Positions 1 to 9,860 of a stretch of 64,000 nucleotides of DNA are shown here, one piece after another (within the stretch, counting starts at the first letter, position 1; every line of letters starts with the position of its first letter). Source of the DNA: Acidimicrobiia bacterium (GTDB lineage: Bacteria > Actinomycetota > Acidimicrobiia > Spongiisociales > UBA5794); contig BTQL01000003.1 of NCBI GenBank assembly GCA_036985855.1, positions 18,967-82,966 on the forward strand, given 5' to 3'. A program made the translations under genes and the position numbers. The notes beneath the pieces are model-generated. The model saw only the letters and a list, made by a program, of their open reading frames with translations, made no database searches and was not told where the DNA came from.

Positions 1-918
1 TTCGAGTCGTTGGTGACACCCCTGAGTATCTACGACCATGATCTCGTCACAGGCGAACGAACGTTGCTCAAGCAAACCCCCGTGCTCGGTGGTTTCAATC
101 CAACTGATTACGTTCAGGAGCGATATTGGGCTCGTGCCCGTGACGGAGCGATGGTCCCCATCAGCTATGTGAGGCATATCGACACGCCGCTGGACGGTTC
201 GGCTGCACTGGTGTTATACGCATACGGCGCATATGAGTTGTCCGTACCGCTGCGGTTCTCGATTGCTCGTCTCAGCCTGCTTGACCGTGGCATTGGGTAT
301 GCAATCGCTCATGTTCGCGGCGGCGGGGAGCTGGGGAAGGCATGGTACGAGACTGGCAAGCTCGCCGACAAGGCCAATACCTTTTGTGACTTTGTCGATG
401 CAGCCGAGTACCTGGCTGATGCGGGAGTGTGTTCGGCGTCCCGCATCGCAGCAAGGGGCGCCTCGGCTGGTGGTCTCACTGTGGGCGCAGCACTGAACCT
501 TGCCCCATCGACCTTTGCCGCGATCGTCGCGGAAGTCCCGTTCGTCGACGTCGTGAACACGATGCTCGATCCTGATCTGCCGCTGACGGTTGTTGAGTGG
601 GAAGAGTGGGGCAACCCACGAGTGGCGGAGGAGTATGCATGGATCCGTGCGTACGCACCGTATGAAAACGTTGGCCGTGTCGACCATCCACCGATCCTTG
701 TTACGGCCGGTCTCAACGATCCGAGAGTGTCGTATTGGGAACCAGCCAAGTGGGTGCAGCTCTTGCGTGAGCTTTCCACATCAGACACAGGCGTATTGTT
801 GAAGACCGAGATGACAGCCGGTCACTTCGCCCGGTCGGGCCGCTACGACCTGTGGCGCGACGAAGCAGTTGTCCTTGCATTTCTACTCACTCGGCTCGGT
901 GTCCCAGGCGCTGCCTAA
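1..918 (+). CDS. ptrB: Oligopeptidase B (S9A), C-terminal part; 5' end lies outside the window
   Basis: Frame open from base 1; motifs YAYGAY, HVRGGGELG, GASAGG (catalytic Ser), EWEEWGNP, DPRV, AGHF. Confidence 0.93.
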   Translation, partial: FESLVTPLSIYDHDLVTGERTLLKQTPVLGGFNPTDYVQERYWARARDGAMVPISYVRHIDTPLDGSAALVLYAYGAYELSVPLRFSIARLSLLDRGIGYAIAHVRGGGELGKAWYETGKLADKANTFCDFVDAAEYLADAGVCSASRIAARGASAGGLTVGAALNLAPSTFAAIVAEVPFVDVVNTMLDPDLPLTVVEWEEWGNPRVAEEYAWIRAYAPYENVGRVDHPPILVTAGLNDPRVSYWEPAKWVQLLRELSTSDTGVLLKTEMTAGHFARSGRYDLWRDEAVVLAFLLTRLGVPGAA

Positions 919-1271
919 TGCCCCGGGCACTCCAGCGTTACGTCTTCGTCGGTTGCGTCGGACGGTTTGATGCCTGCGGCAACCACGTAACGGAGGTGGT
1001 CGCGGTCGTGGCATGAATCGATCAAGTTCTGATTGTTGGACCAGGCCTTGAGAAGCACACCGTGCGGAAGGCCCTGTGCCCCCTCGATCGTCGTGAGCTC
1101 GAGCGTGCGGACTTCCGACTCGACGAGTTCGAAGATGTCGAACTCGCCCACGTTCTCCTTCTCAGTTTCCAGGTCCGCGATTGCCCGCTTCTTGGTCTTT
1201 GTCGTCTGGCGCGATAGCACTGCAGCGATAACCAGGAATGCAACGACCGCAAGCACGATTGCCGTGATCAT
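915..1271 (-). CDS. Hypothetical protein with N-terminal membrane anchor
   Basis: 118 aa; hydrophobic N-terminus followed by basic residues; ATGA overlap with the manC stop suggests translational coupling. Confidence 0.7.
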   Translation of the reverse strand: MITAIVLAVVAFLVIAAVLSRQTTKTKKRAIADLETEKENVGEFDIFELVESEVRTLELTTIEGAQGLPHGVLLKAWSNNQNLIDSCHDRDHLRYVVAAGIKPSDATDEDVTLECPGH

Positions 1272-2704
1272 CCTTTTCGCTCCGTTCGTCCGTAGGCATC
1301 CATGTGCCGCTTGATGTCATCTTCCCCCACGTAGGAACCGACGTCGACCTCGATCACTTCGAGCACGTCATCGCCGGGGTTTTCGAGGCGATGTATCTCA
1401 CCGGATGGAATGTACACCGACTCCTTGGTCGGAACGAGTCGGGAGGTCTCTCCTGTGGTGATTCGTGCGACACCCTTGATGACGAGCCAGTTCTCTGAAC
1501 GATGGCGGTGTGACTTGAGGGAAGTCTTACCCCCTGGGTCAAGCCAGAGGTGTAGGACGCGATATCCCTCACCGGAGTCGATTGTGACAAAGCGTCCCCA
1601 CGGGCGGAGTTCCGTTCCGTCTGTGTCGAGTTCCGACCTCTGCTCCCTCTTGAGGATCTCGACGACCTTCCGCACGTCCTGGGCTGCGTCCCTATTGGCA
1701 ACGAGAACTGCATCTGGCGTGTCGACAACGACCATGTTGTCGATGCCCACAGTGGCCACGAGTCTGTCTGAGGCTTTCACGTAACTACCAGACGTTTCGA
1801 CCGACAAGACGTCGCCCACGAGGACGTTTCCCTCTGCGTCCTTCTCCGCGATGTCCCACAGGGACTCCCACGTCCCAACATCATTCCATCCGGGATCTGT
1901 AGGTACTACCGCTGCCATCGAAGTTCGTTCCATGACTGCGTAGTCGACTGAGTCTGCACGGCATTCGGTGAAGGCGGCAGCATCGAGGCGCAGCCTGTTT
2001 CCCTCAGTTCGCGAGTTCTTGTGCGCAGCGGCACTCGAGGCGGCGATGTCTGGAGCGAGATTCTCGAGTTCCGTGAGGTAGATGGATGCCCTGATGAGGA
2101 ACATGCCTGAATTCCAGAGGTACTCGCCCGACTCGAAGTAGGCGTTCGCGGTTTCTTGATCCGGCTTCTCCTTGAACTCGTTCACGCGCTTGACTGTTGA
2201 TGTGATGGGCGAGCCAACCTTGATGTATCCGTACCCGGTCTCTGGTCGCGATGGTGTTATCCCGAATGTCACGAGATATCCGGAGCACGCAGCCTCTGTA
2301 GCTGAGCCAATGGCTTCCTGGAAGGCCCGCTCATCGGTGATCGTGTGGTCTGCTGGAAGTACCAGCAGAAGTGGATCTCCGTGGGTCATCGCTTCGTAGG
2401 CTGCCACGGCGACCGCGGGTGCGGTATTTCGGCCCACGGGCTCGAGGATCAAGAGGGCCTCCGGATATCCCGAGGCGACCATCTCGCGGGTTATGGCATC
2501 AGCATGGTCCTCGTTGGTGACGATGATCGGCGGTGCCGCGGCATCGAGGGCTGAAACCCTGTCGATGGTTGCGCGCATCATGGAGCGATCGTCGACCAGG
2601 GGCAGAAGCTGTTTCGGCTGCATCAAGCGCGACGCGGGCCACAACCTCGTTCCGCTACCGCCAGATAGCACCACAGGAACGATGGTGGGTTTTTTTTCAC
2701 TCAC
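1268..2704 (-). CDS. manC: Mannose-1-phosphate guanylyltransferase / mannose-6-phosphate isomerase (bifunctional)
   Basis: LSGGSGTRLWP, PKQ, EPVGRNTAPA, FKEKP, WNSGMF, DYAVME, GWNDVGTW, plus a C-terminal cupin (RPWG, HRHRSE). Confidence 0.95.
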   Translation of the reverse strand: MSEKKPTIVPVVLSGGSGTRLWPASRLMQPKQLLPLVDDRSMMRATIDRVSALDAAAPPIIVTNEDHADAITREMVASGYPEALLILEPVGRNTAPAVAVAAYEAMTHGDPLLLVLPADHTITDERAFQEAIGSATEAACSGYLVTFGITPSRPETGYGYIKVGSPITSTVKRVNEFKEKPDQETANAYFESGEYLWNSGMFLIRASIYLTELENLAPDIAASSAAAHKNSRTEGNRLRLDAAAFTECRADSVDYAVMERTSMAAVVPTDPGWNDVGTWESLWDIAEKDAEGNVLVGDVLSVETSGSYVKASDRLVATVGIDNMVVVDTPDAVLVANRDAAQDVRKVVEILKREQRSELDTDGTELRPWGRFVTIDSGEGYRVLHLWLDPGGKTSLKSHRHRSENWLVIKGVARITTGETSRLVPTKESVYIPSGEIHRLENPGDDVLEVIEVDVGSYVGEDDIKRHMDAYGRTERKG

Positions 2705-2752
2705 AACGCTGAAGAATGTATCGAATCGGCGACCTCACGCAAAGTACCATGT

Positions 2753-4744
2753 CTATGTATCGGCTGGTGGGATGCTGAGTACCTCGTCGCAGGCCTCGGG
2801 AGTACCGAACACCGTGAGGCGGTCCCCTGCTCGGATCATCGTGTCGCCGTGGGGCACGAGGACAGAAGTTCCACGCTGTACAGACACAAGAACGATGTCC
2901 GCCGGCCAAGGGATGTGCGCGACGTCTCGGTTCGCAAGCGTTGACGCTGTATTGATCGACATGTCGAAGAAGTCCGCGCCGGGCTGCGAACGGATTCTCG
3001 ATCGTTCCCTGTAGAGCTCTCTGCCCTTGGACATGGACAGGGCCTGTTCGTAAGCTCGTACGACCGAGATCCTCCTGAACATCCCCACGACATGTTTTGG
3101 ATCGTTCGGGTCGACAACAGGCACTCTTCCAATACCGAGTGAAGACATGCGGGCGAGGGCGCTCGAAACGGGCATATCGGGAGTGATCGTGATCACTTCC
3201 TTGGACATAGCGTCTGCAACCGTCGCGGTCATGGACGGTCCTCCTGCTTTGCGAATGTCAGACAGTGTGATCATGCCAACGAGACGGTCTTTGTCGTTGA
3301 ACACTGGGGCGCCATGGTGGGCAGTGGCATCGAAAAATTCTGCGGCTTCGGCGAGGGTGTTCCAACGATGAAGTCCGCCATCGTGGGGCAGCATCACAGA
3401 ATCGACCATGACCGTATCGAGGAGGTCGATATCCTCGGACTTCGGCAGTGTGATGCCCTTTCGAACCAAAGGGATCGTATAGACGGACTCGGGGTGGAGA
3501 CGGTCACCCAGATACGTGGCAAGCGCTGCCCCGAGCATCAGGGGAAGCACGAGCTCGTAGTTCCCTGTGAGTTCGAAGACGATGATCACGGACGTGAGTG
3601 GGGCCCGGGCGATCGTCGCGAAGGTCGCGGCCATTCCGACGACGGCGAACGCTCCCGTGTCGAGTCCATCAAACCCGAAACCTTGTTCCATCACGATCGC
3701 AAACGCGGCTCCGATGGAACCACCGATGACGAGGGCAGGCATAAAGGTTCCAGCCGAACCTCCCCCTGCTCTGGTGAGCGCTGAGGTCGCGATCTTCGCA
3801 ATCGCAACAAGGCCGAGGCCCCACCATACGTATGACCCTGCCCCCTCAAGTCGCAGCAGCTCTGACAGGAAGTTCTGACCGGTACCAAGGGACTCGGGCC
3901 ACACGACTCCGAGCAGGCCTACGGAAAGCCCGAAGATCACGGGACGGGACCACCTCGGCAATCTCGATGGCAGGGAGGACGCCTCCGTGATGTCGAGCGC
4001 GCGGAGATAGACGATGCCGATTATGACAGCAAGAACGGCGAGTGTTGCATAGAGAAACAACTCAGCGGGACTTCCGAGAGCATGGGCAGGAGACGTCAGG
4101 ATGCTTTCTTCGCCCACAATGAGTTCCATGGTTACCGCCGCAGCCACGGATGCGATGACGACGGCGTTGAGATGACGGATCGCAAAGGAACCGAGGATCA
4201 CCTCCATTGCGAACATCATCCCTGCGATCGGAGCGTTGAAGCTTGCGCCGATTCCGGCTCCTGCGCCTGCTGCGACAAGGCTCCGGATACGGTCATGGTC
4301 GAAGCCTGTGTACCTTGCAAGGGATGACCCGATAGAAGCGCCGATGTAGGCGATCGGACCCTCACGTCCTCCCGACCCGCCGGTACCGAGAGTTGCGGCC
4401 GATGCGAGGATCTTCGGGACGATCTTTCCCGTGGGGAGGTAACCGCCGTGGAGACCCAGGCCGATCATCGTCTCCGTGATACCCCCTCCCGAGATTGCCG
4501 GACCCCAACGTTTGTCGATCAGCCATGAGGCGGTCATACCTACAGGGACACTTATCGCCACGACCCAGACTCCCCAGCGAGACCACTCCGAGAATGCGAG
4601 GGTGCCCTGACTGACGAGGTGGACGAGGCTTACGAGAGCCGCAGCGGCGACGCCAACGAACAGACCGAGAACTACAGCCGCGAACAGGAACGAGGCCGGG
4701 CCGCGTTTGCTCAGGGTCGCCTTGAATCTCGATACGATGCGCAT
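2753..4744 (-). CDS. CLC-family chloride channel/transporter with CBS pair and C-terminal TrkA-C domain
   Basis: GREGP, FNAP, GTFMP, APLTS..IVFELT motifs; CBS repeats; C-terminal VQRG...VPHGDT..RAGDRL. Confidence 0.92.
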   Translation of the reverse strand: MRIVSRFKATLSKRGPASFLFAAVVLGLFVGVAAAALVSLVHLVSQGTLAFSEWSRWGVWVVAISVPVGMTASWLIDKRWGPAISGGGITETMIGLGLHGGYLPTGKIVPKILASAATLGTGGSGGREGPIAYIGASIGSSLARYTGFDHDRIRSLVAAGAGAGIGASFNAPIAGMMFAMEVILGSFAIRHLNAVVIASVAAAVTMELIVGEESILTSPAHALGSPAELFLYATLAVLAVIIGIVYLRALDITEASSLPSRLPRWSRPVIFGLSVGLLGVVWPESLGTGQNFLSELLRLEGAGSYVWWGLGLVAIAKIATSALTRAGGGSAGTFMPALVIGGSIGAAFAIVMEQGFGFDGLDTGAFAVVGMAATFATIARAPLTSVIIVFELTGNYELVLPLMLGAALATYLGDRLHPESVYTIPLVRKGITLPKSEDIDLLDTVMVDSVMLPHDGGLHRWNTLAEAAEFFDATAHHGAPVFNDKDRLVGMITLSDIRKAGGPSMTATVADAMSKEVITITPDMPVSSALARMSSLGIGRVPVVDPNDPKHVVGMFRRISVVRAYEQALSMSKGRELYRERSRIRSQPGADFFDMSINTASTLANRDVAHIPWPADIVLVSVQRGTSVLVPHGDTMIRAGDRLTVFGTPEACDEVLSIPPADT

Positions 4745-4823
4745 GCCAACCGGACGCTAACGACATGGCGGTGGCACTCGCAACATGCGGGAACAGTCCA
4801 TGTCTGCGCTACGTTGTTTTCGT

Positions 4824-5474
4824 ATGTTTCGTCGAAAACCTCACTCTGTGCCCGATGCCCTAGACGCTCTCCCCGGTCGACCCGCCGGTCCCGACTTGAG
4901 CGGCATCCACTTCCTCAATGGGAAGCCGATCATTCCTCCGTTCCCTGACGGTATCGCAGTTGTCTACGTTGGGATGGGATGCTTCTGGGGCGCGGAGAGC
5001 ATCTTTTGGAAGCTTCCGGGCGTTTACACGACGGCGGTTGGCTATATGGGTGGATTCACTGAGAATCCAACGTATGAGGACGTCTGCACCGGGCGGACGG
5101 GACACGCAGAGGTCGCGCTCGTGGCTTATGACCCTGAGGTCGTCACATTCGATCGGATTCTCAAGAGCTTCTGGGAAGAGCATGACCCCACCCAGAAGGA
5201 CCGCCAGGGAAATGACGTTGGTTCCCAGTATCGGTCGGTTATCTACTGGACCACAGAGGACCAACGTACCGCGGCACTCGAAGCGATGAAGGTATACGGA
5301 GTCGCCCTTCGGGACGCCGGGTACGAGGCGATCGCAACGGAGATCGCCGAAGCCGGCGCGTTCTACTACGCAGAGGAGTACCACCAGCAGTATCTGGCCA
5401 AGAACCCCGGCGGTTACTGCAACCACGGCTTCTGCCAGATCGAATTCACGTCTCCTGTCTCGCTCGGCGAGTAG
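4824..5474 (+). CDS. msrA: Peptide-methionine (S)-S-oxide reductase
   Basis: GCFWG active site, RQGNDVGSQYRS, AEEYHQQY, GYC; ATG 4824 chosen because it follows TACGTT (4810-4815). Confidence 0.95.
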   Translation: MFRRKPHSVPDALDALPGRPAGPDLSGIHFLNGKPIIPPFPDGIAVVYVGMGCFWGAESIFWKLPGVYTTAVGYMGGFTENPTYEDVCTGRTGHAEVALVAYDPEVVTFDRILKSFWEEHDPTQKDRQGNDVGSQYRSVIYWTTEDQRTAALEAMKVYGVALRDAGYEAIATEIAEAGAFYYAEEYHQQYLAKNPGGYCNHGFCQIEFTSPVSLGE

Positions 5475-5535
5475 CCTGATCCGGCACTGGGTACCAACTG
5501 CAAGGGAGCGCGAGATGGAGTGGGTTGCGAGGTTC

Positions 5536-5793
5536 ATGTGGACGGTCATCATTGCCCTGTTCGTGGGTGCGCTGATCGGCGGATTGGCGAGAATCCTTTT
5601 GCCGGGGAAGCAGAGGATGACGTTCACGGCCACCATCGGTGTCGGTTTCGTCGCAGCACTGATCGGTGGTCTGCTCGCTGATGCGCTTGGTCTTGCGGAC
5701 ACCGATGGAATCGACTGGATCAAGTTCGCCATACAACTCGGCCTTGCCGTTGTGGGGGTCGGCTTCTATTCAGGCTGGTTCTTCAAGAGATAG
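5536..5793 (+). CDS. GlsB/YeaQ/YmgE (transglycosylase-associated) small membrane protein
   Basis: GALIGGLARILLPG..., IGVGFVAALIGG, GIDWI; three TM segments. Confidence 0.85.
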   Translation: MWTVIIALFVGALIGGLARILLPGKQRMTFTATIGVGFVAALIGGLLADALGLADTDGIDWIKFAIQLGLAVVGVGFYSGWFFKR

Positions 5794-5892
5794 TCACCCA
5801 TCACCTTCCAACCAGTATCGGTGCATGCGATGGGTGCCCGTTTCGACGATGAACAGTGGTTGTTGCCGGCCACAGAGCTCGGAGATACCCGA
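5794..5892 (-). pseudogene. Possible remnant of a strictosidine-synthase-like / SMP-30 beta-propeller gene
   Basis: Minus frame reads SGISELCGRQQPLFIVETGTHRMHRYWLEGDG*, resembling the family motif V.ETG.YR..RYWL.G; no start codon or rest of the gene. Confidence 0.3.
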
Positions 5893-5938
5893 CTCGTCTT
5901 GTGTTTCGACCTACCGTTGACGGGCAAGAGGAGGAACA

Positions 5939-6661
5939 ATGGGCGGTGACGGTCGGTGGCGGCTTTTCAAGGATGAAGGAAAGTACCTGGATCGATTTGG
6001 TCTTGTCCTTGCCCTGACGACGATCTCGGTGTCCGTGCTTGCCCTTGTTGATCTGGACGATCCCGGTGAGAACCTGCGTTCTTCGGTCGGGCGGCTCGTC
6101 GTCACGTTCACGGTTGGGATCACGCTGCTGATCGCTTTGCGGGCTTCAGGAGTTACGAGGTCGTGGCAGAGATTTGCCGACATCGTCATAGGTCTCACAC
6201 TCGTGGCTGAGGTCATTTTCGAGTTGTTGACCCCATTTCTCGATCTCGCCCCCTCCCTCAACCCGGGTCGTCCGAGTGCGCTTTGGGTCGCCATCGCAGT
6301 TCTGTCACCCATCGTTGTCCTTCGTCGCGTCTTGTCCCACTCCGCGGTCACCTATGAGACGCTGGCAGGGGCGCTGTCGGTGTACCTTCTCGTAGCGATC
6401 GCATTCAGCTACCTGTTCCTAGAAGTGCAGCGATTCGGTTCTGTCCCGTTCTTTGGTGTTGAAGAGTCGACCTCGAGTTTCATGTACTTCTCCCTCGTGA
6501 CGGTGACCACCGTCGGGTATGGAGATCTTGCTGCTGTGTCGGATCTCGGGCGGTACCTCGCAACAGCAGAGGCGATCATTGGGCAGGTATTTCTCGTCAC
6601 GATCGTCGCACGCCTCGTGAGTTTGTACTCGCGTGCACCGACCCAGCCGGAATTAGACTGA
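5939..6661 (+). CDS. Potassium channel family protein
   Basis: Pore helix YFSLVTVT followed by the TVGYGD selectivity filter; several N-terminal TMs; SD GAGGAGG. Confidence 0.9.
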   Translation: MGGDGRWRLFKDEGKYLDRFGLVLALTTISVSVLALVDLDDPGENLRSSVGRLVVTFTVGITLLIALRASGVTRSWQRFADIVIGLTLVAEVIFELLTPFLDLAPSLNPGRPSALWVAIAVLSPIVVLRRVLSHSAVTYETLAGALSVYLLVAIAFSYLFLEVQRFGSVPFFGVEESTSSFMYFSLVTVTTVGYGDLAAVSDLGRYLATAEAIIGQVFLVTIVARLVSLYSRAPTQPELD

Positions 6662-6685
6662 TCGAGTCCGCGACCCGGAGAATCG

Positions 6686-7402
6686 ATGTCGACGCCCCAT
6701 ATTGCAGCAGCCGAAGGCGAAATTGCTGAAGCCGTATTGCTTCCTGGTGATCCCTTGCGAGCTAAGTTCATCGCCGAGACCTTCTTCGAGGATGCCAGAG
6801 AAGTGACCGGCGTGCGCGGCATGCTCGGATTCACCGGCGCGTACAAGGGAATGTCGGTGTCGGTGATGGGTACCGGAATGGGGATTCCATCCGCTTCGAT
6901 ATACATCACCGAGCTGATCCGTTTCTATGGAGTCAAGCGTCTTGTTCGTGTTGGCTCATGTGGCGGTTTGTCCGTAGATGTCCCACTGCGAGGAATCATT
7001 CTCGCTTCGGGGGCGTGCACAGATTCCGGTGTCAACCGTGCACGGTACGGGGGTTGGGACTTCGCCGCCACAGCGGACTTCAGACTTCTCTCGGCAACCG
7101 CTGAGGCTGCGGAGGCTGCCGACCAGGTTGTCCACGTCGGAAACGTCCATTCATCCGACAGCTTCTACAACCCGGTTCCGAATGCGCTCGAGATCTGGCA
7201 GGGGATGAACGTCCTTGCCGTGGAGATGGAAGCAGCAGGCTTGTACGGCATCGCGGCTTCAGAGGGTGTCCGATCCCTGTGTGTTCTGACGGTGTCGGAC
7301 CACCTCGTCACTCAGGAAGAGACGACCTCGGAGGAACGTGAGCGCACGTTCGGAGACATGGTCACGCTCGCACTCGAGGGTTTGCTCGCTGACGCTTCTT
7401 AG
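6686..7402 (+). CDS. deoD: Purine-nucleoside phosphorylase (DeoD type)
   Basis: TPHI, LLPGDPLRA, GMGIPS, RVGSCG, VEME, TVSDH. Confidence 0.96.
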   Translation: MSTPHIAAAEGEIAEAVLLPGDPLRAKFIAETFFEDAREVTGVRGMLGFTGAYKGMSVSVMGTGMGIPSASIYITELIRFYGVKRLVRVGSCGGLSVDVPLRGIILASGACTDSGVNRARYGGWDFAATADFRLLSATAEAAEAADQVVHVGNVHSSDSFYNPVPNALEIWQGMNVLAVEMEAAGLYGIAASEGVRSLCVLTVSDHLVTQEETTSEERERTFGDMVTLALEGLLADAS

Positions 7403-7446
7403 AAACTCAGTTCAACATCGTCTTGTTTCGGTCTACGCTTCGGACC

Positions 7447-8034
7447 ATGACCCGCACCTTCTCTCTCACATACGACTATCTCTGTCCGTTCGCACGTAAC
7501 GCCAACGAGACCGTCGTCGGCATGCTTCAGAATGGTGCACGGTACGAGGTGACATTCATCCCTTTCTCCCTCGAGGAGAACCACGCACAGGACGGAGATG
7601 TCCCCGAGTGGGAGCTACCGATCGGTGAGGTTGGCAGTGGTGTACTCGCGCTGCTGTGGTCGATAGCGGTCAGGGACAGTGTCCCCGAATCCTTCCTGGA
7701 TTTTCACGTCGCACTCTTCGCTTCCCGTCATGATGACGGTGCCGACATCAACGACGAAGCTGTGCTGCGATCCGTCGCGCAGTCGGTCGGCCTCGACTCG
7801 GACGTCATCCGTGCCGAGGTGGCTTCGGGAATCCCGGCCAAGACGCTCGCAGGTGAACACATGGGAGTTGTGAAGGACTATCACGTGTTCGGCGTGCCGA
7901 CGTTCATCCAGGATGATGACGCCGTGTTCGTTCGAATCATGAACAGGCACGAGCCAGCCGACGTCGAGAAAGTTCTCGAGATGCTGAGTTGGACGAACCT
8001 CAACGAGTTCAAGCGAACCACGATCGATCGTTAG
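7447..8034 (+). CDS. DsbA/FrnE-like thioredoxin-fold protein (Rv2466c-like)
   Basis: YDYLCPFA, FGVPT cis-Pro loop, C-terminal EFKRT; leaderless-type start after TACGCT. Confidence 0.8.
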   Translation: MTRTFSLTYDYLCPFARNANETVVGMLQNGARYEVTFIPFSLEENHAQDGDVPEWELPIGEVGSGVLALLWSIAVRDSVPESFLDFHVALFASRHDDGADINDEAVLRSVAQSVGLDSDVIRAEVASGIPAKTLAGEHMGVVKDYHVFGVPTFIQDDDAVFVRIMNRHEPADVEKVLEMLSWTNLNEFKRTTIDR

Positions 8035-8071
8035 CGCCGTGACCTGTCACGTGTCGTCCATTGCCTGACTC

Positions 8072-8848
8072 ATGGCCCATCCGACTGCCGCCACCCCCGA
8101 AGAGATGCGAGCCCTGATCGCGGGGAGACGCACGGATGACCCCTCGTGGTTCACCTATGGCGACATGACGCTGAATCCCGAGTCGATCGTCGACAAACTC
8201 ACAGAACACATCACCGAGCGGCGCAGAGACGAGATAGAGGCTGTACTCGACAGACGGACGCTCAACGTAACTGCCGTCATCGATGGCATGGTGGACCTCG
8301 GCAACGTTTCTGCGATCATGCGTTCCGCCGAGGCGTTCGGTGTTCAAACGGTGCATGCAATCGATACATCCGACGCGTTCAAGAGGTCCCGTAGAACCAC
8401 GAGAGGCGCCGACAAATGGCTCGATCGCTATCGATGGCAGGAAGCAACCTCCTGCTTCGACCATCTAGAAAGAGCCGGTTACAGGGTTCTACTTGCAGCC
8501 GCGACGGCCGCGGCGACACCGATCAGCGAGACCGATCTGACCATGAAGGTGGCTGTCGTGTTCGGCAACGAACGTGAGGGTGTTTCTGCAGACACACAGC
8601 GTTTCGTCGACGAGTCGATTCAGATTCCCATGGAGGGTTTCGTCGAGAGCCTCAACGTGTCCGTCGCGGCATCGATAGTGCTCCATGAGGTCCACCGCCA
8701 GAGGATGAAGCGATACGGCCGCAACGGCGATCTATCTCCAGAGGACAAGGATCGCATTCGTGCTGTGTGGTATCTCAAGTCGGTGCGGGAAGCAGAGGCA
8801 ATCGTGCAGAGAGCCGTAGACGGTAAACCGAAGAACGGACGCACCTAA
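8072..8848 (+). CDS. trmH: SpoU/TrmH RNA 2'-O-methyltransferase
   Basis: GNVSAIMRSAEAFG, GADKW, VFGNEREG, IPMEGFVESLNVSVA. Confidence 0.9.
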   Translation: MAHPTAATPEEMRALIAGRRTDDPSWFTYGDMTLNPESIVDKLTEHITERRRDEIEAVLDRRTLNVTAVIDGMVDLGNVSAIMRSAEAFGVQTVHAIDTSDAFKRSRRTTRGADKWLDRYRWQEATSCFDHLERAGYRVLLAAATAAATPISETDLTMKVAVVFGNEREGVSADTQRFVDESIQIPMEGFVESLNVSVAASIVLHEVHRQRMKRYGRNGDLSPEDKDRIRAVWYLKSVREAEAIVQRAVDGKPKNGRT

Positions 8849-9840
8849 TCGTTGGTCGTCTGTCGTTCCACGACCTGAATCTCCGAGTGGGCTCCCTCGC
8901 TGACCGTCCAGTATGCGAGGTCCATGTCGAAGGTGATCGCCTCGCCCTGATGCTCGTCCGGTGATGGCGAGATGCACGGCGTGTCGGCGAGCATCTCAGT
9001 CACGGAGATACCGACCTCTCTACGCCACATCCACACTGATCGATAGCCGCGCAGCGCGAGCGTGGTCCCGTCGGCGCTCATGTCGGCGCCCGAGACTTCC
9101 CCACCGAGGAACAAGGTGGCAACCAGAGTGAGGTCGATAGGGCCATCTGATGGCGACAGCGATCCTTTGAACACGAGCGCTTCGTCGAGGGCCTTTGTGA
9201 CGAGGTACAGAGCGGGTTCGACCGGATCGATGAAGAGGGCCTCTGCGTTGTGGCTTGCGTCAGGATACCGATAGATAAGCGGTGTGGACTCACCGAACGT
9301 ACCGTCGAGATCGGCAGGGTCGGCGTCGAGCACGCGATAGATGGTCACAAGCCCACCTCGGATGTTGAAGTTGTCTCCGATGTCTCCTACGTACAGGTAG
9401 GCGCCACCACCCCCAGGCCCTGGTCCAGCAGCCATGTCCTCCCAATCGAGTGCGAAGGCATCCGGTATCTCGTACCCGCCAAGATCCTCTCCGGACTCGG
9501 TAAATGCGTGCAGCATTGCTCTGCCTCGCGAGTCGTTGTGCGACCAGAGAATGTCGGGAGTGGTTCGGCTCGCGGCGAGTCCGGATGCTTCGACGAGTTC
9601 CGTCGTTGCAACCGTCCCGGTGGTGATGATTCCTGAATAGAGATCGCAGACAGCAGTATCGGAAGAGAGGGTCGTGGTCGATGTCGTTGTTCGTGGGATG
9701 GAGGTCGTTGGCACAGGAGGGTCCGGTGCCAGCGAGGTTGTGGGTGCAGCTTCTCCCGCCGAGTCGCCTGCGCGCAGGGCTATCGAGATGACAACGACCG
9801 CGGCGGCGATCAGGATCAGAGCCAGAGTCGACCTGCGCAT
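8845..9840 (-). CDS. Secreted/anchored beta-propeller-like protein with Thr/Pro-rich linker
   Basis: Signal-like N-terminus, T-rich linker, EASGLAAS..W.HNDS, DWEDMA, VGDIGDN, NAEAL, QGEAI repeats. Confidence 0.75.
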   Translation of the reverse strand: MRRSTLALILIAAAVVVISIALRAGDSAGEAAPTTSLAPDPPVPTTSIPRTTTSTTTLSSDTAVCDLYSGIITTGTVATTELVEASGLAASRTTPDILWSHNDSRGRAMLHAFTESGEDLGGYEIPDAFALDWEDMAAGPGPGGGGAYLYVGDIGDNFNIRGGLVTIYRVLDADPADLDGTFGESTPLIYRYPDASHNAEALFIDPVEPALYLVTKALDEALVFKGSLSPSDGPIDLTLVATLFLGGEVSGADMSADGTTLALRGYRSVWMWRREVGISVTEMLADTPCISPSPDEHQGEAITFDMDLAYWTVSEGAHSEIQVVERQTTND

Positions 9841-9860
9841 CGGACAAGGGTATCGGTCGT

